Positions 26,393-39,165 of a stretch of DNA of 64,000 bases are shown piece after piece. The translations under genes were made by a program, and so were the position numbers. A model generated the notes under the pieces. It was not told where the DNA came from and searched no databases. It saw only the letters and a program-made list of their open reading frames with translations. This stretch comes from Octopus vulgaris (taxonomy: Eukaryota), in NCBI GenBank assembly GCA_951406725.2, contig OX597814.1, positions 147,932,001 to 147,996,000 of the forward strand, in the 5' to 3' direction. Numbering within the stretch: position 1 is the stretch's first letter; each line of letters begins with the position of its first letter.

Positions 26393-29300
26393 ATGCAGTG
26401 AAAGAGAGAAAGATGAAAATAAAATTGCTTGTTATTTGAAATTAAGAGAAGTAATTGAATATGTGTAATTTTATCGGAGAGAAATTAATGAAATGAAATT
26501 GTTATTTGGTGTTGTTCAATTCTTAATCTTCAAATATGAATTTTTGATTTGAATGAAGAGTCAGAGCATGTGAACACATATGTGTATATATATATATGTG
26601 TACATCTTTATCAATAGACAGCAGTTTGTCATTGAATATATATATATGTGCGTGTCGTTGTAAATTGGACCTATCTTTGTATTATATATTTATTTTCTAG
26701 TTCTCTTCGTGTTTATATAATTGTTCCTGATATATTTCTAAATGTAGAAGCAGCAAACAAGGCCACTTATTCATCTCCTTTTAATGGCGACAATACACCA
26801 CAACGTTTATGATATTTTCCCCCCGTTACAATTTCCGTAATGTATTCAAATGCATGTTCTTTATAGAAAAAAAATGATGATCGCTAACAATGCTGGAATG
26901 AAACATGTGTTAATTAAACTTGAAAATATATTGTAGAAACGACCCAGCATGCGTGTTTAGAAACTGGACTTAGTGAAGGAACATCTAAATTCCATTTAGT
27001 GTGGTGCACCGACGGTCGAAATATATGCTATGTATGTCTGTTGGAATACATCTTACACAGTAACTCCTTTTTGCATGCAGCAGGAAATATATGCAGCGAA
27101 TATATAGTGCATCAAATATTTACTTCGTAATGTATATTTCGCAGAACATACATATATACATATAATAATATTAATATTGTAAAGTACACTGATTATTGAC
27201 GAAATATACTGGTTTTGTTAAATGAACTTTGATAAGAACCTAGCCTGGCTATGTAAGATGTGTTGAAATATCTCTATATAAGCTATGTGATAAATATGTT
27301 ATTTTGGTACACTTGTTATCTACGTGTATCTGCTTTTTTTATATAGAAATTTTCTTCGATGTTTCACGGTACAGTTATATTAATTCATGCGTGAGTGTTG
27401 TGTTTGTACGCGTATTAATAAACATTTCTGTTGGCATATTTTATGACGGAAAGTGTAGAATATATAAATGATTAATCTCGAGATCATAAGGGATCCTAAA
27501 TGGCAATGCATTTTCAAATTTTATAACGTTATACAATGTGCATGCGAGTAAAGCGTGTACCTATGGCACGTAACTGTATGTCTACACATACGCATATTTA
27601 TGTATATTACTTAGGAGTCGAATTGTTACTGAGTTTTGTCGTTGCAATTATCTAAATACAAGCGTATTGTATACATGAATGTATTCTTGATGTCCCAGGA
27701 GGGGCCTTCGACTTCTTGTATCTAAAGATGTTTTTAAACCTAATATTCGCACGCTATTACTTATAGCTTCATTTGCTTCAAGTTTTACCATTCAAAAACA
27801 GAATCATAGCGAATATATTCATTAGAATATCGAAATATGCCTAGTCAGCAAAATTCCATTGTTTCTACTTCTACAACAAACACGTTATTGAAATATGACA
27901 TACATTCATTTTATCAATTGTCAAATGTATATCACGTGATACATTTATCAATTCATTTTCAAAGCAGGCTATATTTTCATTTTTCTGCATTATATGTATA
28001 TAACATTATAAGAAAACACAAGGGATTTGGGTATTGCTAATGCAGTTTCAGCGTTTTTAACTATGCGTAGACATTCACTTACACACACGTTTATGAATCG
28101 CTAACATCTAAATAACTGTGAGGCATGTTTTAATGGAGTACAGATCGGGATTAATATAGCATCAGTATATGACTGTTGGAGGTATCATATTATATAGCAG
28201 ATAATTGCTGGCGTAGGGTTCACATTTGTTTTCTTTTAAGTACAGATATACATGGAAGAAGTCATAATTCTTCTATCTATATGTTTTTCATTAGTGGTTG
28301 GCTTTGCTGGAGACATGGACTAGACACAACTTACTCATCTGTGTTCTTTAGTTTAGCATTTGTTGTTTTAACCTAGCATAAATAACACTTATTAAACGGA
28401 CGAATAACTCCAATGGTGGGAACACCAGGCGAGTTGATGGGAGAGTTGCGTTTATTTAAACAACAACTCTTATATTCTGTCGACATGTAGGATTGCTATT
28501 TCAATCATTATAAACAGCAAATTTCAGTGATTTCGTTCTACATTTTTGTATCATTGAATCTTCTCTTTAATATTTTCTAGCACTGAATTGCAAGATCAAT
28601 TTTCCGACTATATTTTTGTGATTTTGTATTTACGCGTAAAGATGTAATCTCCTGCGATAGTTCACACAAAATGTGATCTTAATGTAAACCATTCCTTAGA
28701 AAGCGAAAGCCAAAGAAAATTGCTAAATACGAAATTAGTTACATCTATTCATTTCTACGAAAATTATGATTGGTTAGGATTTGGCTTGCGTAGAAGAAAA
28801 TTCTCCCGATTGTCATTAAGTATCATGGAAAACACACCGCGAATTTTAGAGAAAGCACAAGAAAGCATGATGGGTTGTGATAAACATGAAATTACGATGG
28901 CTGTATTATTGTATGAGAACTGTATTTGTATTGAATTTACATTCTCATTGGCGAGATATGATCGGAATGTTAAGAAAAATAAAATATGTCGACGGATTGT
29001 ATTTAAACCAATTTCGAGATATTTCTGACTGTATAACTCTTTGTATAGGAAAGTGATGGCATCAAATGAAATGAGATAAAGAAAAAAGAAGAAAGCATTT
29101 ATCACGAACCAGCTAGACGTTAGTAATAAATAAGTATATGAAACTATTTACACCACAGTATATTATATAACTTGCTTCTGTCAAGGATAACCGATCAACG
29201 TTTACTTCAATGTTCTTAGAGTATAAACAATATTTCGGATCAGAATGATTGAAGAGAGTAAACTCATTCGCTGAAAGCAGAAGGAAAAAATAAATAAATG

Positions 29301-30265
29301 CTGTTTATGCAAATCTCAGCGCCACAGCAAGCACTTATATGCTTCGTTACACATACACCGACATAAAGGATTAAGCAAAATGTATATATGATAGATTATT
29401 CAATTCTTCCCGATCGATCAATGTAAAAACCGACTGCTGTTTCTGCTTAGTAACATTTTTTCCCCAGTCGAAATAGAACTACTTGAATAAAGTATCCATC
29501 ACTTGTGAACAAATGCATGCAAAGGTCACGGGCACTGTCTTTCTTCTAACTTATATGAAAGAAATAAAATAAAGTTAAATAATATAATGGTTTTTATATC
29601 TGACAATATTCGCTATTGGAATATTCGGGCACATACTATAAACATCAGCGCTCATCGATTTTCCTGCAGTTTGACATTATCCAGCAAATTACAAGTACTG
29701 TGGTGTCAAAATTGACAGTGTAAACGACGGTATGATTGTTTATTCAAGATATCGTACACCGTTATAAGCTTTGAAATGTGTTCTTATCACAGAAGATACA
29801 TAGTTCTCGACACAACGCTTTTCATTGCTGAAAATAAGTACCATTATGCGTTGAAAGCAGGTATGCTAGACTGCAATACTTAATTGAAATCATACCAATG
29901 CCCCCTGAGAAGGCAACAATTAATCATTAAACTGTCCTCAAATCAATGAGGACAAAACATTCGGTAGTTATTCAACAATACAATAAATTGTGCACAAAAA
30001 ACAAAGCGTTTTCCGGATAATTCATCGGTTTATCGTGTATTCTCACCGAATCTCTGCAGGATTTTGTCCTGGGATCTAATTCACAAATAACTTAATTCGC
30101 CACCAAATAAGAGCCACATTGGACTTTATTGTGTTTATGTTAGCAACGACTGAACAGGGAAATTAGTCATCGCTACAATGATCATTAATAAAATTAAAAC
30201 AAAAAAACAATACCAATGCAACAATATAGCATTACATCCAGCAAAGCGTCAAACACAAACGATAA

Positions 30266-30478
30266 AATCTCCACTATCGTAACCAACATTTATTACATCT
30301 CCACTTGGACCAACAGCAGCAACAACAGCCGTTCAAGAATTTGGACCTGGAGATCTCCATTTCCAGCGACTTCGAGGGCCACCTCCCAGTGGTGTCGGAC
30401 GTCAACGAAGAGCCCTCGACTACAAGACGACCAAAGTTTTTTTTCCAATGTATGGGGTCTCCCGCCCCTAAGCCCTAG
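30266..30478 (+). other. GC-rich coding-like island (possible isolated exon or pseudo-exon)
   Basis: Frame reading ...HLDQQQQQQPFKNLDLEISISSDFEGHLPVVSDVNEEPSTTRRPK... has mostly G/C third positions in an AT-rich background. No in-frame ATG upstream; splice sites only weak. Confidence 0.3.
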
Positions 30479-31630
30479 ACCATTACCTAATCACCATTAC
30501 CCGTCTTGTTGCCTAACAACAACAACAGCATCATCATCATCATCATCACTAATCTTTCTAACCAACACGACAAACACGTGGGCAATCATCACCCTGTATC
30601 ACCATTAGTTATTTTATAAACAAGCAGTGAGAGACACAGAGGAGGGAGGGAGGGGGAGAGAAATGGTAAATATTTATAGTGGTTGATGGATAATGATGGT
30701 CATATGTTTCATTCTTAATGAACGCTATATTTACATTTCAATAATCATATCACTTTTACAATTACTGCAATCTTTGCAAAAGAAGAATTACAGAAATAAA
30801 TAAATAAACAAATACTTAAACTATAAAAGGGCGTCTGCATAGGTAGTGGGCATGCTTGAAATAACAGCGATATCGTCCTCAAATCAGAACCCATCATCTC
30901 AAACAGAGAATGTTATAAGGCGTTATATATTCCAATATATAATACTTTTAAAAAAAAGAAGAGACTAGTCTAAAACGGTTATAATCTACATGGAAAAGCA
31001 CATCAGCAGGAAAACCAAAAACATCGTTGCATTTGGAAAAAAGAGTTCTTTATTTTCATTGTTGCCGTCGGAAATGCAGGGAATCTGTGATGATTGTCTG
31101 CTGTAAACAGTAGCCAACAATACTATTGTTCACCATGGGCAATAAAAAAACATAAAACAAAATAAGAATTGAAATACGTCTGATAGTTCACGTTTTGACC
31201 TACAGCTAAACAACATTGCCAATAACAGTTGCAACAACAGCTAGTCTTTTATTTATTTTGAAGATATCAAAAATTAAGAAATGGCTTTTGTTTCAAAAAT
31301 ATATTTCAATATCTATTGCTAGACATCTTCATTTGACATATATTTTCATTGATGTATGGCGTGAGTCATCGTGATGTAGAAGTATCATTTATACAATTCT
31401 TTTATAGCTAAGAAGACAAACAAATTGATCGATACAAACATATTGCTCACTGGATTAACAGTGGTAAACATAGAATTAATCTTTATTTTCCGACTGCAGT
31501 TTCATATTTTTATTTCTTTAGTTTATTGAAGTTTTAAAGTTTGGGGAAAAGAATGAGAGATATATAACGTAGATATCAACTGCACACAGGCATATATACA
31601 CTTCCATGTGCACGCGCACACGCGCTTGTA

Positions 31631-31965
31631 GATGCATGGCTCAATGGTTTGAACGTCGGGCTCACAATCATGAGGTATTGTGAGTTCGATTCCCAATCGA
31701 GCTGTGTTCTTGAGCAGGACACTTTATTTTACGTTGTCCCAGTTCACTCAGCTGTAGAAACGAGTCGCGACGTCATTAGTGCAAAGCAGTATCGGCATTT
31801 GCCTTTCTCTTCGACAACATAGGTGGCGTGGAGTGAGGATGCAGGTATGCAGAGCCACTGCCGGTCTTTCATAAACAACCTTGCTCGGACTTGTACCTTG
31901 GAGGAGAAGTTTATAGGTGCAATCCAATGGTCATTCATGACCGAAGGGAGTCTTTACCCTTTATA
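31631..31965 (+). mobile_element. tRNA-derived SINE (third family; CORE-like middle, distinct tail)
   Basis: A box tggctcaatggtt, B box gagttcgattccc, then tgtgttcttgagcaggacacttt...ccagttcactcagctgtagaaacgagt, tail ending gaccgaagggagtctttacccttt. Confidence 0.75.
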
Positions 31966-31986
31966 TATAGTCCACCATTTGTTGAC

Positions 31987-32260
31987 AGGCGCAGGGGTGG
32001 CTGTGTGGTAAGTAGCTTTCTTACCAACCGCATGATTTCGGGTTCAGTCCCATTGCGTGACACCTTGCCCAAGTGTCTTCTACTATAGCCTCGGGCCGAT
32101 CAAAGCTATGTGAGTGGATTTGGTAGACGGAAGCCCGTCATATATATGTATACGTATATATACATAAGTGCTTGTGTGTCTGTGTCCTGGGTTGATTTGC
32201 TCGACTAAAGGCGGTGCTCCAGCATCGCCGCAGCCAAATGACTGAAATAGGTAAAAGAGA
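31987..32260 (+). mobile_element. CORE-like SINE with internal deletion
   Basis: Head and CORE as in 5149. After the microsatellite it jumps to cctgggttgatttgctcgactaaaggcggtgctccagc...tgactgaaataggtaaaaga. Confidence 0.85.
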
Positions 32261-32374
32261 TCTCTCAAAGTTTTTAAGTAGGTTATCACATTTAATTGTG
32301 ATAAGGGAAATGTTTGCAGCGACTTCGATATTTCGGCGGCCGTTGTCTTCGACAGATTCTTTTATGCTTTATTT

Positions 32375-32756
32375 CTTACTTATTTCATTCATTATACTGC
32401 AGCCATGCTGCAGCACCACGTTGAAGAATTCTTATCGGATGGATCAACCCCAGTACGTAATTTTTTAGAGCCTAACACTTGTTCAATCAACCTATTCCGC
32501 GTAAACAACCAACACTTGTTGTCATGCAGTAGCAATATAGGAGCAAGCACACACACACACATACGCACACACACACCCGCACACACACACACACACACAC
32601 ATACACATATATATATATATATATATACGCGACAGGCTTCTTTCAGTTTCCGTCAACCAAATTCAATCACAAGGCTTTGGAAGGCCCAAGGTTTTAGCAG
32701 TAAGCACCTACTCAAAGTGCCACGTGATGGGGCTGAATCCCGAACCACACAGCCAC
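32375..32756 (-). mobile_element. Degenerate CORE-like SINE
   Basis: Reverse-complement similarity (ctgcagccatgctgcagcacc; ggcttctttcagtttccgtcaaccaaattc; cacacagccac) with an internal (CA)n. Confidence 0.7.
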
Positions 32757-33492
32757 AGATTATTATATATTGTAAAACTACACACATATACACACACGCA
32801 AACATACATAAACACATAAATACTCTCACAGACAAACATGCACACAAACATATATATGCTTCTTCCTCTTTATATAAGCTGTACTTTATGGTACATACTT
32901 CATCCATAAAGGATATGGCGAATATTATACCATAGAAGTTATTTGGCAAAATAAATGATACTTCAATAAATATGAAATTTAAATATTCACTTCCTCTTTT
33001 TTTTTTTTTTTTGCTCTTTATTTATGTTGTTTGAAAACTGTACCAATGATTGTATGAAATATTGAATGGAATATTGGAAGTTATAGTTTTCAATTCATGG
33101 GAGACTTATGATGAAGCCATAAGATTCACTCATATATTTTTCATTAGTTTAATTACCAATTGCAGGTTTCCATATTTTATAATTTCTTAATTAGAAATTC
33201 AGTGATAAATAAAGTAAACAATAATGTGAATGTATCTTATTCATACATACACTGACCTCGTTACATGAACATACAAAAGTGGTTTTATAAACACAAATAC
33301 ACACGTACATTGACGTAAACAAATCATAGATAAAAAATCGAGCAAATGAGAAAGCTACTAGGAGCTAGAAAGCTAGTGGGGGCGTGAAATAGGAAACAAG
33401 TGCTCTTCACACCAGAAACAACAGCCATCATTTCTCGGGAATGTTTCATTGGATAATGTAGGTTTAGAAAAGTAAAGTGTGTCTGATATATA

Positions 33493-33523
<31 letters not shown>

Positions 33524-35017
33524 ATGTATGTATGTATGTATGTATGTATGTATGTATGTATGTATGTATTTATGTATGTATGTATGTAAGTATGTATGTA
33601 TAGATGCCATGGTCAAATTTATATTGATTTTGATTTTGACCAAAGCAATAGTAAGCTATAATAAAACAAATGCTTACAAAGACCTAACACGATATGGTAC
33701 TTTTTTTTTACATTGGTCACGAACGTTTAAGTCCGTGAATTTTTTTTATTGTGTTCAAGCACATAATACAGTTTGGTGAAATATAATTGTCTTATGTATA
33801 TGTATATATCAATACAATACCGATTTCAAATATCACAGCTGACTGTATAATAAGACACAGGTATATGCTGGAATCGATTCAATCATTTAGGTATTTATTT
33901 CCCTGGCATATCTTTGGTTTCTTTCTGATGTATTGAAACGATACTAAACAACAATAGAACGTAGAGATAACATCTTGGCCATAAACCAACAACACCTGCT
34001 TTCAAGTTTTTGTAAATGTTGCAGTTTCATATAATGTTGCATTTCGTATCCACTGGTAAACAACTTAACATGTGTGTGTTATATGTGTGTATGGTGTACG
34101 TGTGTGTGTGAGTGTGTATGTGTGTGCATGTTACAACTACCTTTTGTTTTCTCGTTCATTTTCTTTTTATTTTTGTTTGATCTTTCTTGATGAAGGACTA
34201 GCGCCCAAAACATCAAGACGTCATCAGCGTTAAACTAATACATTTGAATAGGAAAAACATCACTAGTGTCATAATCCGTTAGGCAGAACCGGAAGTTCCA
34301 GTGGAAACAAGTTCTATAATGAATTTGTTTTTATTTTATTTTACTTGTTTTTGTGCGAGTTTCGATGGCAGTGAATATTCTGTTGTTTAAAAAAATGTAT
34401 TTGTAAAAGTTCCGCTAGTTCTTTCCAATGTATCCAGTGGAGTGAATTACAATCTAAATTCCAGAAGGTAGTTTGAGTGTGGTACAAGTTAAATCTTTAA
34501 AAAAATTTCACTCAAGGACATACAAAGACAATAAACATTTCATCACGTATCAGTAAATGAAAATATAGTAAAATTTATTCCTGGCTATTATGTTTAGAAT
34601 GTCGAGCAGCAGTGGTGAGGCATCATCGTTGGATCACATTATGTACAGACGCACAAGATAGTATATGAGACATTGCATGTGCGTACATGTGTATGTATGT
34701 GAGTGTGTGTGTATTAACATGTCCTTATGATACTTGATTTCTGTAATGATGACTTTGACTATTTGACTGTATGTTGGTTTTTGTGTGTGGAGAACCGTAA
34801 AAATGAATTTTATGCTGTAGCAGACATAATACAATGAATAAACGCAGAAAAGGAACGTATATTTCATTGATTGTTTCGGTCAAACTATACTGTACGGCAA
34901 GAATACGATAAGCAACATAATTTATAGTAAATTTGCTTTTCCGTTGTCCAAGAGAACATCTGAGAAACAGAATCTTGGAGGATATTTCGTTCTCCCCCTC
35001 CTCTTTCTCACTCGCAC

Positions 35018-35059
<42 letters not shown>

Positions 35060-35347
35060 GACATAGGCACCTACACACATACAAACACATACAGACATAT
35101 ACGCATATCTTTGTATGATAGCGTTCTGCAAGTTAATTTATATTTATTCGTTTTTCTAATATCTTAATTAAAATATTTAAATTACAATTAATTTTTATAT
35201 TTTTTTCCTTCTAGATTTTATTTAATTATTCATTCATTATTTATTTTTCTTGGCATCCAAGAAATGTTGCAGAATTTTATTATTGCCCCAAATAATAGAA
35301 AGCTTCAAAATGGTTTTAAATAATTAATCATTGTGTAATCGTTTCTG

Positions 35348-35412
<65 letters not shown>

Positions 35413-35749
35413 CCATTAATAAAACACGTGCACTTATATAGATTTGTATGATATTGTGTATGTGTATGGTGTGTTTATGATTCATTTTCTGTGAAAATTC
35501 TACACTTGTATACAAGTGCGTATGTATGAATATTTTTTTTAACATGCAAGGCAATAATTTATGAGTATAATCCATTAAAACTATTTGCATCATTCAATGC
35601 TCAGTTGGATCTTTTCTATCATCTTCGTTTGTACTTTTCTCTGTTGATTTGTTCAATGACACTTATTTTTTTCGTCTTTTCTTTGTCATTTTAATGGATA
35701 TATAGGAACGTACACACACACTCACATACACAAATACCCACAAACATGT

Positions 35750-36285
35750 TTTATCATTGCGGCTATACCGGGGCAACGCCTTCAATGGTTTAGCCGAACG
35801 ATTATTTTTCAAATCTATTTGTTGAACCGCTAGGTTACGTTGCTGTGAACACTAATACCTATTTCTTTACTACCCACAAGGAGCTAAATACAGAGAGGAC
35901 AAACACGGACAGACAAACGGTTTAAGTCGATTACATCGACCCCAGTGTGTAACTGGTACTTAATTTATCGACCCCGAAAGGATGAAAGGCAAAGTCGACC
36001 TCGGCGGAATTTGAACTCAGAACGTATCGGCAGACGAAATAGTGTGAACACTAATACCGATGGTACTACGGTGGACAGAAGATAAACATGCACATGCACT
36101 CCCATCCCTGCACTCACGGACACACACAGAGACACAAACACACACTCACAGATGCACACATATTGCTGCTCACAAGGCTTTGGTTGGCCCGAGCTTATAT
36201 AGTAGACATTTACTTAAGGTGACACACAGTGGGACTGAACCCGGTACAATGTAGTTGAGAAGCAAACTTCTTACGGCACAGACAT
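35750..36285 (-). mobile_element. Old CORE-like SINE interrupted by a younger SINE
   Basis: gaaccgctaggttacg...; cacaaggctttggttggcccgag...gggactgaacccgg...aagcaaacttcttacggcacag. Confidence 0.7.
35860..36042 (-). mobile_element. Meta-like SINE, 5'-truncated, 16-bp TSD
   Basis: Near-identical to 14401-14580. TSD tgtgaacactaatacc at 35844-35859 and 36043-36058. Confidence 0.9.
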
Positions 36286-37334
36286 ATTTTTATCTGTCTA
36301 TGACTTAGTATCATTTACGTGCATCAGTCAGTAGATTGTAGCCATACTTGAAGTGTTTAGCGGAGCAAATCGACTGAAGAACTTATTTTGAAGTTAGACA
36401 CCTTTATATATCCTCCTCTTTTTACCGAATCACGAAGTTGGAGACCGTAAACAAGCAATTGTCAGTAGTCCGGTTGTTGCAGTATGGGAAAGCATACACA
36501 TAAACTCACGCATATGCATTTCAGATATATATCCGAAATTATACGTGCGGGTATAGAAGTACGTTTGCAAGAGTGTTTTCTGCTTGAGACGTACATCGTA
36601 TCATCGTCAACAAATGCATCTAGTACGGCACCACTCGTGCATTAAGCAGACGGAAGCTGTGCATGTGTGTTTATGTCTACTTATACATATATTGCAACGG
36701 TCATCGCTATATCATCTTTTCTATTTCCTAATTATTTCAAGATAAAGCATTATGAGAACAAGTTATTTGAGATTTTAATCTGTGCTTAACTGTAAAATTA
36801 ATATGATCTCGTAACTGCACATAAATGTGATAAAACAAGAAATGAATTGGAGAAACAAATCGAGTGATTGTGCCACAGGATGTTGGTGTAACCACCAAAA
36901 AGCTACAAAAGATTTGGTTCGCAACGAAATGATGATCATTGCATTGTAAATTAAATATGGATTTCTTATTATAATTTTTCTGTTTGCCTGTATTTTGCGT
37001 TTCACCACACACACACCAGGCATAGACACACACACACAAACACACACGAGTACATGTTTATGACTATATACATCTGTGTGTGTGTGTATCTCTGTATGGC
37101 CGATGAGTCATGGCCATCATACGCACTCACACACCAACGATACATACACACATGCGTGTGTGTATCGTTGGGGGCTTTCTTTCTCCATCTTCTCTTCTTT
37201 GGAATTTTTCTATATTTCTGATGAAGAGTTTCGCTCGAAATGTGAAATCATCTTTCTTTTCTTTCCTTTCCTGAGCGTACTTGTTCCACGTCCTCACGTT
37301 GTTGTTTTTCTTGCTTGTTCTTGTTTGGATTAAG

Positions 37335-37388
<54 letters not shown>

Positions 37389-37545
37389 CGAGAGATTTTC
37401 GTTCTTTACGGTTTTATTTACTAGAGTCAGAGTGCTGCGTCAGTACTGGGACAACTCGTTATGAATTTCGTCGATATATTTGACCTCATTGCAAATTCTA
37501 AGTCTGCTATTCACTCTATCTCTTTTTCGCTGAACTACAAAATTA

Positions 37546-37859
37546 TCGTTTAGCAAGCAAAGCAGATCTGAGAATCCGCACTGTTAAGCGACGAATAACA
37601 GGCAAGAATATACTAACAAACACACACATACATCAAGACAGGCTTATGAATGCTTTACGTCAAGGGAATACTGTCATAAAACATTGGACGAGGAAGATTG
37701 ATTTCCTGAAAGCGCTGCGCAGTATGACTGAATCAAAAATCGTATAGATACAAATCAATTTTCTTGCAATGCACATTCATCTATGTATCATAATTAATGC
37801 ATGTACACTTTGAGAGGACATACACATACGCATATACATATATGCGTACATATATTTCC

Positions 37860-37907
<48 letters not shown>

Positions 37908-38039
37908 TGTTTCTACTACCCGAAACTTTGGTGGAGGTTGCGGTGGAGCGCTAGTTTACTACCAGTGCACAACTGGTAATAAATTGTCATTCATCGTTTA
38001 ACAGTACTGATTCTAAGATCTGCTTTGCTTGCCAAACGA
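37546..38039. repeat. Inverted repeat of about 55 bp flanking a ~385-bp spacer
   Basis: tcgtttagcaagcaaagcagatctgagaatccgcactgttaagcgacgaataaca (37546-37600) versus the reverse complement of 37985-38039, tcgtttggcaagcaaagcagatcttagaatcagtactgttaaacgatgaatgaca. Confidence 0.75.
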
Positions 38040-38092
38040 CCAAAAAATGATAAAAGACAAGGTACATTTCCGAGGATTTTAAAACCAGAACG

Positions 38093-38174
38093 TAAAGTTA
38101 GAAGAAATGCCATATAACATTTTTCTGGGTGAATGATGATGATGACGATGACGATGATGATATTAATAATAATG

Positions 38175-38223
<49 letters not shown>

Positions 38224-38416
38224 CAATAATCATAGGCAGGGCGTCACCATTCCCAGTAGAAGCAGAAAAATTGGCTCCATTCGACCAGACATTGTTATCA
38301 AGGACTACAAGAGAGCAACTTGTCCGTTAATACATAAAGTTAGAAGAAATGCCATATAACATTTTTCTGGGTGAATGATGATGATGACGATGACGATGAT
38401 GATATTAATAATAATG

Positions 38417-38453
<37 letters not shown>

Positions 38454-38467
38454 CAATAATCATAGGC
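38093..38467 (+). repeat. Direct duplication of about 140 bp (GAT/AAT tract) flanking a short R4/Dong-like fragment
   Basis: 38093-38237 and 38335-38467 are identical except for (aat)n length. The insert 38238-38334 encodes SRKIGSIRPDIVIKDYKRATCPLI. Confidence 0.85.
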
Positions 38468-38479
38468 GAAAGATCATCT

Positions 38480-39165
38480 TTGACTAGGTATTGGAAGGTC
38501 AATCATAGGAATGTGCAAGTGTCTCCGTTGTGTCGCATGTCTTAGAATGGACGATACCATTGCCGATATCACGAACGAATGCCCTAGACTTGCCCCAAAC
38601 CACTACAGATTGTAGCGACATGATAAGGTAGCGAAAGTGCTACATTGGAAACTGTGCGAAAAGTTAGAGAGAGGCAAGAAGTGGTATGAGCACAAACTAC
38701 AATGAGTGGCAGAGTCGGAGATCAGCAAAATCCTCTGGGATTTCCCAGTCCAAACAGACCAGGTGCTAGAGCATAACGGATCGGACCTAGTGGTTCTCGA
38801 CAAAATGCACCACGTATACTATATAGTTGATACTGTATACCCCTTTGAAACACGAATGACCAAGAAGGAAGGCGAAAAAAAGAGGTAATGCAAACGTCGT
38901 AAGTACACAATAGCCTGACTATGGAAAATGAAGAAGGTATAGATAGTGCCAGATATTGTTGGGTTCTTGGAACAGTTTCAGAAGGCATCAAGAGGAATAT
39001 AAAGGAAATCGGAACAGAGTGCCCCGTAGAACTGTTCCAGAATAACCAGGAAATTATTAGTTGAACAGAACGAATAGCATGGTAATATAGGTCGCAGGCT
39101 GCAAGACCGCTACGCATGAGGACTCGGGGGTTCCAACAAAGCCTGAGAGAAAAAAATAATAATAT
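38480..39165 (+). mobile_element. R4/Dong-like non-LTR retrotransposon 3' fragment (CCHC + RLE endonuclease), decayed
   Basis: SPLCRM...TIADITNECPRLAPNHY..RHDKVAKVLHWKLCEK...KWYEH...KILWDFPVQTDQVLEHNGSDLVVLDK...IVDT...LGTVSEG. Ends in an aataataat tail next to (AAT)n arrays. Confidence 0.8.

Noticed and set aside
33832-33852. tatcacagc resembling the miR-2 family 5' end
   Set aside because: Only the seed matches and no precursor hairpin is evident.
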